In this document: positions 13,666 to 25,995 of the stretch, piece after piece
How the letters are laid out: each line of letters begins with the position of its first letter
Numbering within the stretch: position 1 is the first letter of the stretch
Source of the DNA: Tubulanus polymorphus
Taxonomy: Eukaryota > Animalia > Nemertea
Direction: 5' to 3'
Assembly: GCF_964204645.1 (NCBI RefSeq)
Contig: NC_134030.1
Span: 20,172,210-20,236,209, forward strand
Length of the DNA stretch: 64,000 nt
Notes under the pieces: generated by a model
Told to the model about the DNA's origin: nothing
The model's input: only the letters and a program-made list of their open reading frames with translations
The model's database searches: none
Translations under genes and position numbers: made by a program

Positions 13666-14752
13666 TTCCGATCGTAAACACACAGCGCAGTTACAGTCAC
13701 AGAAAGCAGACTAATTCGTTCTAGATCATCTGATTAGATTACCCGATTATCACGTAAGTGTATGAATTCAGTACTTCCAACATCCGAGGTTTCATACCCG
13801 ATTAAATCTTTTATCGCAAATGCTTGCTTATGCCAATTTTTTGGTGAAAAACTTCTTACTTTTCACTCGCAAATTCAATCAACTTCAATTTATTACAATT
13901 ATTTTGGGTTAAGCCTATCATTCATCATCAAAATGTGAATCGTGAACACTAGAAGAGCGAGAGAGTAGAAGTTTTCACTAGAAGGCATTACGGATTGTTT
14001 CATTTTTCCATTCCGTGATATTTTGTCAATTCTGTTACTGTTAGGCCCTATAAGTCCTTTTTTTATTTAGGCCTACTCCCGTGCGTGGAATAGGTCGATT
14101 ATCAGCCCAAAAATGAAACAGGTCCTTCCTAGCGAATCATTCAGTATTTCCAGCGTCGTAACTGCGTATTAGCCTATGGGTCCGTAAATTCCTTGATGCG
14201 CTATGAATCAAGAAATCTAGAATCCAGGCCAGGGGTAAAATCTAAAATTCTGACTCAGCATTCCCCTTAAAATTCCTATCATCCCCCCTTGAATTATATA
14301 AATTAAAAATCATCAATTGTCTAAATCTTTTTTCAACTCAATTTGTGAATGCGACCCTCCCTGTACTTATGCATATAGGCCATTGACCAGAAATCTCTCC
14401 CTACAACTTGCAATTAACTTGAAACAATAGTCACAATGATACCACAGCCACTGGCTGTCTCTATTATTGTTTTGTGTATTCTGTGAAAGGTCAATATAAG
14501 TGGGAGCTTATTATATCCCTTTATTATGACAGGCATTGTGCTCACAAAGACTTGGTTATCAAAACATAGGCCAATGTGGTTATCAATTCAAATGTTTTGA
14601 TTTCCAATGACAATAAAGCCCTAGCTTGCTAATTTCTCAATTACCTAGTTGATGTAATTACTTTCATATGTAAGATGAAAATTGAAATTATGTTAAACTG
14701 GACCCTTAAAATTTGTTCGATGTTTAATTGATGTTTCTCTTTTTGTTCTAGC

Positions 14753-17700
14753 ATGGAACCAATTTTCCGTCGCCTAAAAAATCGTACGATCGACACGTTT
14801 GACACCGATGCCGCCAAGAACCATAAAAGCACTAGTGGTTGGGCAACTCAGGACCCTGCGGAGAAAGTTTTGGCGGATGCGATGCGCCGGGTTGCCCAGG
14901 CCAGAGGAGATCAGTCAAACCCGAAACATTTGTTAGGCCAGTATACACTTCAGTTTGGTAAGTTTAGGGGTAAGAAATTTCAGTGGATACTCTCTAATGC
15001 TCTTGGCTTTGCAGTAAACCTCTACGTGATGGATGAATGTGAGAAGCAAAAACCACATCCCAAGATAGACCACAAGAACCATGCCGACAACAAGAAAGCC
15101 CTCTTCAAATACATGAGGCTGTTTCCCGAAGCCAAGGACGCGATTGAGAGGAGGAGAGCTGTCCATCAAGAGCGTGTGAAACCTACGATTTCAAGTAAGT
15201 CAAGTTTTCAATATACAGTCGGATCGTTTGATATCAGAGTTGTTTTGTGCTTGTTCTATTTATGAAAAATTTTTTATTTTCACAGAAGCTCGTCAGACTC
15301 AACCAGCCGGGAGCCAACCAACTGTGACAACTAGGAGGAGTCGCCCATCTGCTACAACCAGGAGCCAACCAACTGCGACAACTAGGAGTCAACCCAGCTC
15401 ATCGACTACAACTGAGAACGTCTCGATGCCGTCTGATGATGATGATGATCTACTGACAAGTGTCATCACTCTTGAAGCGCAGTTATCTGGTAATATAACT
15501 TAATTCTAATGATATTTTTATTGTAGATTCAATTGATACATCATGAGATATACATCCTACAAATTTTTGCAGTGTTTTGGACGGATTGTAAAGATTCCAT
15601 CCAAGTTAACCGCAGTCCTCCCTTTCGGCCATCCACTCCTAGTAATTGCAGCCATATTGTAACATTTAATCATTTATTTCTCAAAATTTACAGTTTATAT
15701 CTGGATAAGTTGGTAAGATTTATGTTGTGTAGGGTTCCTAGAATATGCTTTTATAAATGTGTAGCTATTGTAAAATGGTATTTTCTTCCTATCTATTTTA
15801 ATGTACCTGTTTCTTTACAAAAACTGGGTAATCATGCTTTATATGTATGCAGTACTGTCTCATTATTACATAATCCATCTTTATGATATTGGTATATAGT
15901 TGCTATAATGGACATTATGAATATGATAACACACACACTCTCTCTGTCTCTCTCTGTCACTAGCAAAATGCAACACTTCTATCCTCTCCTGCTTAATAAC
16001 TTATTTTTTAAGGTGATTTCCCTTTTGTAATCTCATTTTTCCAGTGAGTCACTCTTATTCCTCATTTATAGGTATTTAGATGGTAACATTACAGTGATGC
16101 GGTTTTCTTTTGTTCCTTTTGTCTATCATTCTGTTTTTGTTTAATATTTCAGTGAAATTGTACCGGACTTTATGATGATTTAGAATTCTTATGCTATAAA
16201 CCTCAATCATGAATGAGATAGTAAATTCATATTCTATTTTTCTCTATCTAGCCTCTCGGACAACACGGACTACAGCGACTACGACTACACCGACCACGAC
16301 TACTACTACTACTACTACTACACCGACTACGACAACCGCGATCGATAACGACCACCGCTTGCTTTTACCAGAATGGCGTAAAGTTCTGTCCGAATATGAA
16401 CAGAAGTGGATCACCAAAACCCTCTTCATGAAAACCAAGAGTGGGAGGCTGGAGATGGATTTTAGCCGCGTCAATCAGCTTTGGTGGAATCCTCCACAGC
16501 CATTGGTAGTTGCAGGCCAGGTACCCAACGTCGAGCAGTACTTTGCCCACCGCCTGTTCTTGTGGATGCCTCGACGACTGTGGCAAGTCCAACTTAGATG
16601 TCCAGTCGCAACGTGCCAAGGGAGAGAGTTGACATCAGCAGGATTATACAAGCGGTTGCGGCAGGTACTCGATATCGATTCGCACTACTTCATCGCAACA
16701 GAAAGTTTGGAATGTCAGAAGTAAGATTGTGTCCATGTTAAAGTGTGACCTGCTGATTACAGGTTGTGATTTTATGAATGATTTTTTTTTTTTGTCTCGT
16801 ATTTATAGATGCAAGGCGAAATATGTTGGAACGACTGCTGAGATCATCTCGCAACTAGCCGTCGGTTACCGGCTCCAGTTCCCGTGTATACTGACACAGA
16901 AGTACGCGTGCGATTATAAGGTTGTGCGACTGCTTCGTCAGAGAGGTCTGGGTAACAGCACTACTCAGATCCAGAAGAAGCTGCGGGAGCAACATGGCGA
17001 AGCTTACCTCGAGCGTGTCTCACAGTACCTCACTGAGTGTGAAGGCTTGTCCAAGGCTATCCGTTCTGGTCTCGTAAAACCGCACGAATTCGCTGACCCA
17101 CCACAGCCTTTGAGCATCCCGCAGTTTCGGTGGCTCATGCTTGTGTACGTCAGTGATGTGTTGTCGAGACTGGACGAGGTCAGGGCAGCCATTACGTCTC
17201 AGTTTGGTCGAATTCTCAAAATTGACTCAACTAAGAAAATAGTCAAGAAGTTGACTGGTCATGCCAAGGGGACCGCGATGTGGTGCACCAATGTAGGGAA
17301 CGAGCATGGTCAGGTCCTTATGTCTGTCCTTACTACTGGCGAAGGCTATGGTCTCAGTCAAATGATTGATGGCCTAATCAAAAGGTATGATACTGCTGGT
17401 GTGCCTGCCCCTGAGGTGATATACACTGATCGGGATTGTTGTGGCCACAGCGTACTGAAAACAAACCTAGCCCCTTGGACAGATATCATCATCAGATTGG
17501 ACGTTTGGCATTTCATGCGGCGGTTCTCTACAGGGTGTACTACAGATTCACATCGGCTGTATGCGAGTTTTATGAGAGGCCTTAGCCGGTGTATCTTTGA
17601 GTGGGACCCTGAGGATCTTGACCGTCTAAAGAGAGCGAAGCGTGAGGAGCTAGCCCTGAAAGCTATCACTGGTCTTAGTGACCGCCAGTTAGTTGAGCGA

Positions 17701-20543
17701 ATTTCTTCGGCCGAGTTGGCACGGCACTGTAAACGTACCACACGTGGAACAGATGCTACTGTCCGCCTACTGGGTCAGCTCGTCGCTTCCTTCTCGGGTG
17801 ACAAAGGGAAAGACTCCTTGGGTGTTCCGCTCATAAACACTGAGCGCATGGCGGAGATTTATAAGTCTCAAGCTAAGCATGTTGCCTGCCTGCAGGATCC
17901 ACCTGGCGTTCAGTTGTACACACAAACCGGAACGATCAAGAAAGGACAGACGACACTGCCTATCTACAGATGTGCCCGTGGTTCGACGTCATTGGAATCA
18001 TTCCACCTTCATCTAAACAGATTCATTCCAGGTAAGATTAAAAATCACTTTCACCATATGAAATCTTCTCTTGTAGCTTTCTCTAACTAATAAGCTAATT
18101 TCATGATTTCATATTTATAGGTACTGTGGCTGGCGATGTCAGTTTCCAGATGTACCTGGTTGATGGTTTAGCGCGTTGGAATGAGGATCGAGCTATTGCA
18201 GCTGTAACTCAAGACAAACAGATTTCCTGCTACAGTGGAAAGCTACGCCATCATATCAATGAGCTAAGTCAAACTGTCCTTGGAAAGAAGCTTTTACCAG
18301 CATTCCAAGGGCCATTGCGTTACACCGGTGAACCTATAGGTATTGATTATCTTTACAGCCAAACAGGAGAGGCACCAGTGTCTAACACTAGGTTGCGTCT
18401 AGCCGAGGAGGAACGCTTGCTGGACTCTGCTTCTGACCAGGAATTTAGTGACAGCCCTGTTGATGAGCCGCTGCCTCTGTATGATGTGGAAGACTTGACA
18501 TTAGCTGTGCCTACTGATGAGGATAACGACTTCTGTAAGTCACAATGTTTTTAGAAAATTGTTTGAATAATAATTCTATTTCAGTTCTGTTAAGTTCATT
18601 CCTGTAATTGATTCCTCTGATTACTGTTGACTTTGTGATATGCCCTCAGCTGAATCCATTACATTTTGACTAAGGGATAATGGTTTTGTGTATTATTTTT
18701 CATTGTAGTTTCTCCGACTGTGACACCAACTGCACCAGTTCTTCCCGTTGACACCATGTCCGTTGATACTCCGTTGCCGATGGAAACTGAGGAGGTCACT
18801 GAGCTTGAACCCGATGATGCTGTGCCAGAATTTCGCTTACCGACCCTTGATACTCCAGAGCTGCAGCCCTTTGAACTGTCGAATGTTCCATCTATTGAAT
18901 CTCCCCTGGGGGATTCGGATGAGCATGTAAGTTTTCTATAAAAAAAGGTTTTCGTTCGAGTTGTGTTGATGTTGTTAAAGAATTTAATTTCAAATATCTA
19001 TTTTATTCAGGATTCTTTGGGACCAGACGGTATTGCTGGATTTGGAAAGGTTGATGCTTTGGCTGAGAAACTGGTAAACTTGGATGAGAATTCACTGGCT
19101 CTTACAAACAACGAAGCTCGTGAAATCATTGATTTGTGGCAGAACTTGGACGACTACGACAAGAGGTCCATCATCAAACCACGCCATCAACCAACTCTCA
19201 GTCAAGGTAGATTTCGAGCAACAAAGAAACGTTCTGGCTTGGCTCCTGGAGTTGAAAGTTCACGGAGGTAAGCCTAATCTACTGTATTTTTCATTTCAAA
19301 ATAAATGTACTAATAAGTCGAAATTGCCAATTGAATATTAAATGGCAATATAATCTTTGAGTTCAATTTGACCCTACAATAGAGGTTACATGGGTTAACC
19401 TAAATAAACTTTATGTTAATCAAGTATTTATGATAATTTTTAGAGCTTTTCTGGGACCAAATTCGGCACCTGCTCAGTGGCCGACTTGTAATCGCTACGT
19501 CGAGACAACCATGGTGAAGCTCTGTGCGAAGTATCCAGCATCAAAAACGGTTGCAGGAGTGCGAGTTACGCGATGGATCCTTATCTCCCGCGCCTACAAG
19601 CACATAAGAGACGTCGTCGTCGGAAATCCTGTGGTTATGCATCACTCGAACATTCAGCTTCCAGAGTTGAATATGACGACTATAACCCAATGGTAAGTTA
19701 ACCTTTTATGCCCCACCTCTTAACCATCTAAATTATTATTAATCATATTGAGATTATGTTCATAAAATGGTCTATTTCTTTTTTCATTTTAGGTGGAATC
19801 GACGTTCTAAGAAGCAAGAGGAAATGGTTCTCAGGCAGGGAATTCAAATCCCGAATCCTCCTTTGGCAAGCCAGCAACCATTGCTTATTGCTTGTCAAAA
19901 GCCTTCTGTGCTGCCGAGAGGATCCTCTGATGATCGCCATACCTTTGTACTTCCTACGAACACTGCTGGAATGGCGAAAATAAAGCGGCGAAGAACAACT
20001 CCTTCCGCAACTGCGACTCTCGCATCAGTAGCTGCGGCAGCAACTAGTACGCGGCCTGCACCGCAGATTCCTCAGAATGTTATTGATTTGTCAGGCGCTC
20101 ATCAGTCCCTCAATACAGATACTACCGCAGATACTACTCGATTGATGGGTTGCTCACAAATCATGACAGGACCTGTTGCGTCTAAGGAGCAGAAAGCTGA
20201 AAGTTTGCAGCCAGCCACTACCCAGCTGATAATTGTTGCACCGCCAAAAGACCAGGCCGTTCTGCCTAAGGTCATCCATTCTGAATCCATGGGAAATATA
20301 CAGGTTGTTCCTTACACAACCCATATGCACAGATTACAAAGGCAGCAGCAATTAGAAGCTGGGGTGAGTCGCAGAAAGTACACTCCACGGACAAAGGTTA
20401 CTTGTCCTAAGTGTAAAAAGGAGAGATCGAAGCCCTCGCATCAGCAGTTTTTCGGAAATTGGTACTGTAGTGAAACGTCAACGGTGACTCTGGAAGAGTG
20501 GAGACAGCAAATGCAGGCCAGGGGATACAAGAAGAAGAAGTGA
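14753..20543 (+). CDS. Dada-like DDE transposase (DUF6729-type N-terminal region, C-terminal CxxC..H..C finger), ~1408 aa, 9 coding exons
   Basis: Exons 14753-15194, 15286-15489, 16252-16720, 16809-18031, 18121-18534, 18709-18926, 19011-19267, 19444-19692, 19793-20543. All introns are GT-AG with consistent phases, and the total of 4227 nt is divisible by 3. Motifs: KIDSTKK (D1), YTDRDCC (D2), RLDVWH (DxxH), ARGSTSLESFH (E). Confidence 0.85.
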
Positions 20544-22064
20544 AGCTCGATTAGTGACAGGATTCCAGGACTAGAGATCTATCAACTGTGCGTATCGCGT
20601 AGATATGGGTATGTGTGCCTGGTAAAATCTTTCAGAAATTACTCGATTTTGACATTTTCATGCAGCTATCAACCTGCTGTCTGTACAACCCCTCAGTTTG
20701 ATGTCCGACAGACATTCGATCACCTCACCATTTGGGAAAAATCGTGGTTTGTCCAGACTTCGCTATTCAAAAAGGTGATCGTCTGAAGGGCTAGGCACAG
20801 ACAACAGATTGACAGCTGCACAAATCTAACTTTGTGACATTTTATGTGAAAATTTGTGAAAAATCTAAGGACCATGTGAAAGAAATATAAAATTGTATCC
20901 AGAATTCTCCTTAGATTGTAACAAGTTTTTGAAAAACCCTTGATGAATTTCAGGCTTGCTTCATCACACTGGACTGATTGTTTATAATTTATTCAGTTTG
21001 ATGGTTTTGTTTATAATTTATTTAGTTTGATGGTTTATTATTTTATAATTGTTTATTAATAATTGGCAGTTTTAATTTTGAGTTTTATTTTTTAAATTTG
21101 TATCTTTTATTTGTTTTATACTAGAATAGGGATTCCAGAAATATTTGGTTGATTTAATGGTAGTTCAACTTTAGAAAATTCACTATAAAATTTGAAATTT
21201 GTAGTTTGATTCAGTGGTAGTTTGACTTAAGAAATTTCACTCTAACATTTAGAATTTGTAGTTTAGTAGTAGAACTTATTTTAAACTAGAAGTCCCTCAA
21301 AATTGTAATTTTTCAATTCAGTGTATATGTCCAAAATTGTAATTTTTCGATTGAGTGTGTATGTGCATTGTGCTTAGAAGCCTGCCTGTTATGCAAATGA
21401 CAAACTATAAAATTTTTAATGCTGCCTACTATGTCAAAAACATGGTAGAAGGTTCCAAGCCCTTAAAAAGCAGAGGAGAGATTTTATAGAAAAAGGTATC
21501 ATTTATTTAGTTGTCAGGTCATTTTTCACTGATAAAATGAGCTGAGAATATGAAGATTGGCAGGATGGAAATAAACTAATTAAAACTCATTAATCTACTC
21601 CCAGATTCGAACCACTGACCCCTCAATAGTACGGGATTCCCTACGCCGAGTGAATGGAAGTTTCAAGTACTGTAGTGGTTTGCATCTAGCAGTACCCCTC
21701 CGGCATTCAGGAAACGCAACCGAGCCGAGTGAGTAGAAGTTTTGGCGCAAGTTAGAAAGACGTTCGGCCCGGCCCGTATCTCCACGCCGCTCCGTGGCGA
21801 TGCGTCGATTAGAAATCTATAGGTAACTGAACGCAGTTGAACCCCGAACAGCAAGAAAAATCCGATAACACAAGTTAGAAACGCTCCCGATAAAAAACCT
21901 CGCCAGGAGATCATCTGAAAAACAATATCGGTCTAGATGTACATCATTTGAGAACTGCCTTAGGGAATTCTGAAAGGGATACCGCTAATTGATAAATATA
22001 TGACTGCTGATGAATGCGACATTAGCATGTCAATTACGTAGATGTTGAGATATTACACTAGCGC

Positions 22065-22308
22065 GATAATAAGATAAAAACCCACTATCTACAGATTAAA
22101 AGAATTTTAGAACCAAAAATTTATTTATTCGAACAATCTGAAATATATGAAATACACGACGTTTCGATCTCACCAGACACCCGACGACGGTCTCTAGGGC
22201 GAGATCGAAACGTCGTGTATTTTATATATTTCAGATTGTTCGAATAAATAAATTTCTTGGTTTTAAATTCTTTAAATCCGTAGATAGTGGGTTTTTATCA
22301 TATTATCC
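22065..22308. repeat. Penelope-type foldback repeat (~105-bp arms) with degenerate hammerhead core
   Basis: The arm gataataagataaaaacccactatcta...cacgacgtttcgatctc is followed by its reverse complement. A related copy lies at 63680-63850. Confidence 0.7.
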
Positions 22309-22821
22309 GTTCACCACGTTTGAGTGTGGTTATCGTTCCACTAGTGTCGAATAAGGTTCTTTTATCCCGAGAGAAACTTTCGGCGGGCGAATATCTTCAA
22401 TAGAGATATCTTAATCGTTATGTAACGACTTTGCGGGCGATATGTTAGGAGATTTAGACGATGGCCTTCTAAATTTTTACTGGCTCCAGAAATGGATACA
22501 TTGCGCTTGGTCACGTCAATGGATGAAGGTTAATAACTGATTTACGCTTCGATTTTATTGACTATCGAAAAGATTTCGACCTCAGCGTGAAAAATGTTGC
22601 ACAACGTTATCACTACTGGTGTAACAGGCAAGATTGTTCGGATTATTAATGATGTATCTTTAACAAGAAATCTAATTTGACGGTTTATTGACGCCTTGAG
22701 AAACAACACGCATATTGCTTTAAATACTGTCGACAATATGAAAGATGATATTAATGATATACACATGTAATGTCACGGATCAATAAAGTTATTTTAGATT
22801 TGAATAAATATATCGATAATT

Positions 22822-23212
22822 GAATTGAATTGACCGGCAACCAGTCTAACCTCAATATATCGATGAAGTAGCGCACATCCTCTCAAATATAATTATCAGA
22901 ATTTATCATTCAACTAGAAAATAAGAATTATGAAATATGTTAAGTTACAAAATAAACGCCAAAATTTACAATTGTAACTGTTATTTCAAAACGCCAATAT
23001 TGATGACGTAGTGCACATCGACTCCCACAGAACCCCTGAAATAGCGCATACTAGGTATCAATATTGATGACGTAGTGCACATCGACCCCTGAAATAGCGC
23101 ATACTAGGTATCAATATTGATGACGTAGTGCACATCCACTCACACAGAACCCCTTGAATAACGCATATGAGGTATCAATGTATATAAACATTATTGTAAC
23201 GGTTTTTACGTC
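22822..23212 (+). mobile_element. Dispersed non-autonomous repeat (family with gatgacgtagtgcacatcga subrepeats)
   Basis: Shares the head aattgaatt..ccggcaaccagtcta and the subrepeats with copies at 40125-40620 (-), 44325-44575 and 61577-61830. Confidence 0.75.
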
Positions 23213-25824
23213 GTCATGAAATGCCTTGTCTTCAGGTTAATTTATCAGATCACTTCAAGAATTTTCAAGGATTGCGCCAATACATTTGCTGCAATAGTCA
23301 TACAACAGTGAAAAGCTCGTACGCGCCCTCAGTAGCACAGCTGGACACGGCCATTGTATTCACTCAGTGCTGCTGAGTGGAAATTGGTGTGTTCGAGTCC
23401 TGCTAGCTGCTTAAAGCGTGCGAACTACACTTCAGAGGCCGTTCAAGTTTAAATGAATAAGTCAATAGGGTTGGCATTGGAAACGAAGATCCGAACGACC
23501 TAAATCAAGATAAACAGCAAAAAAATTATATCAATCTTTCACACATAATTTACCCAGATAGAAAGTACAGCGGATATAATAGTTTTGTCCCGCGCAAGAT
23601 TCGTTATTGGCATACATCGATTAGGCAAAAAAAAATTGATACCTTGTTTCTCCGCTCTGCTAAGCTTAAATGTTTACCCGGCTGGCCGCCTATCTACCCT
23701 ATACATTACTCTTTTTAAAATCGTGATCAATTTTACCATAACAGACCCGGCCGCTATAGGAATGAACTGTTTATAAATTTTATCATATTTTACAAAAATG
23801 ACCCGGCCGCTGCGGAGAAACAAGGTATCATTTTTATTTAGCCTCATGAAGAGATGATATCCGGATATTTTGTTATTCGTTGATTTTCCAAATTTGCAAA
23901 ATGTATCACGATCGATGCAATGATGGACGTATAAACTATATAACGAATCTATGATCCAATCGAAAGCTTACCAACTAACATTTACATGGATATACCCTTC
24001 CCCTAATTTGCAAGAAGGGGAATAAGCGTTTAGAAATGCTTGATTACTTAAGCTTGCGTACCTTTGATCGCCTATCTGTAACTGGCTATAACGGCGGACC
24101 ATTCGTGTCGACTAATGCAGTGAGAAGGAATTGTGCAATAACCGATTGCCAAAATGCTACACGTTCGTAAACGTTAGACGCTGATATTGTCACTTACTCA
24201 CAAACCGGTTACATTTCTTGTAATGCTAGATTTTGCGTATGCGATAAACATATGTTTCCTATCGATCGATTCAAAGTTGATTTTTAGCCACCACAGCTGA
24301 CGCCACTTATAACAATTCCATCTCAGTAACTCGACGAAATAAATAACTTGTTTTTGTTTATGAATTCGCCCAAACGAAATCCATCGAAATGGAATCTCGA
24401 ATGGAAAACAACTTATCTTCGAAAGACTCGTAAAATCCTATGAATTTAGTATAACTCCATTTAGTAACGAATCCATCTCAGCGGCGTGATTAAGTAGGTA
24501 TAACTTATCAATTTGTTTTTAATGAATTGAAAATTGTTCAGAACCGGGTCCAAACTCTCGATCCAAATTCGATAGCCGCATCACTGCTATATCTAGATTC
24601 ATCGACTCCGATTCCGAATGGAGTACATGGATGATTTTTTAAAAGTAGTCAATTGAAGCTGCAGGAGTGACCACATCGAAGCCCCTCGCGTTTCGGCATT
24701 TAGTTTTTGAGGTATAATGGAAGTTATGCAATTCCTAGAGGCAAAAACCATCGCCGCTTTCGATCTGGTGACACAATGCTTTGCCATCATCATACGTGGA
24801 AATAGCTCAGCGCAGTGGATCCAGAGGGTGTCCGGGCAACCCTATACAATTTTTGAGCTGCCTTCGGTATTCAATTTTCAAAAAAAAGTCCGGACTGAAT
24901 ATTTTCTGAAGAACAACAGATTGAAGTCAAGCTCGAAGAACTGCAGAAATATCGGAATTTGGTGTGAATATTAGCTGATTTGCCATTGAATAAGTTCTAG
25001 CAACAAAACTGCGACGAAGCTTGGAAAAAGGCCTTTAATTTCTCATTTGGACAACCGCTCCTTCCTTAGATTCTGATCTGCCGCGGTAGCTAGCGACCTG
25101 CGCGTCGTGGCAAAGTCAGCGAGTGATATTATGAATTTGAATACAATTCTGCGCAGCGGAATATGCTTGTGAAAGCTAACCCCCAAACACTCAATACGAT
25201 TTAGTCAAGAGTCTCCTTATACCGACACCGGGTTTCATACTCACGTCACGTGTCTGCGGCTGCACCTGATAAAGCAGCTGCCGCCACAACTCGGGTTCTC
25301 TGTCGACAGATGTATATCTAGAATTTGCAAATGAAAACGATATGTGTTGTAGCTATTCGATAAAGACCGAAATCAGTGAAGTATAACTAAAGTATAATGA
25401 TAATACTAACAATTATAGTGATGATAATGATAATCATTAAAACAGTAATAATAGGAATGATAATTTATTTTCTTACATAGCGCACTTCAATTGTAATCAG
25501 TTGTAAAAGAAACCAGAACTGATAAAATAGTAATTTAAGACACGTAATTAATACGTCGACGCAATAATTAATTGCAAAATTAGAAGAATTCATTGCAGTT
25601 ATGATTTTTCCTAGAAAATATAAGTTTTCGACAAATTCTTCTTAAAACATTGCATCGATTGTCTTTTGTCTACTGCTTAGGGCCAGTTGGTTCCACGAGA
25701 CAGGTGCTAGAAGTTCAAATGCCCTGTCACCTAATTTTATTGCATTTTACATATGTCTGTGGTTTCCGGCCAATCTGAAATCAGTTCCACAAGTCAAGTG
25801 TGGGTTCACGTCTGATTGTTGGTA

Positions 25825-25995
25825 AATTGAAATAAACTAATCTTAACAGCATAATATAAAAGGGTCTTCGTTTTAAGGTGAAAAACGACCCGCTACAAAC
25901 ACTCGTTGTTGAGAGTGTTTGTTGCGGGTCGATTTTCGACTTTAAAAACAAAGACCTTTCTTTACTTTACGGTTAAGAATAGTTCATTTCAAATG
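25825..25995. repeat. Imperfect foldback (MITE-like)
   Basis: aaaacgacccgctacaaacactc / gagtgtttgttgcgggtcgatttt and outer arms. Confidence 0.6.

Larger units (their letters stand above)
13494..21685 (+). mobile_element. Autonomous DDE DNA transposon, Dada-superfamily-like, without TIRs
   Basis: Contains an intact transposase gene. Boundaries are inferred from the split host exon and the direct repeat CTAGC at 13489-13493 and 21686-21690. Alternative right junctions are at TGGCG 21795 or TGGCGC 21743. Confidence 0.7.

Noticed and set aside
21744-21760. GCGCAA as a U6 target site
   Set aside because: No flanking U6 sequence.
12835-21980. cccttcagaatt / aattctgaaaggg as TIRs of the big element
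   Set aside because: Short and imperfect with no TSD, and it would enclose host exons that splice coherently.
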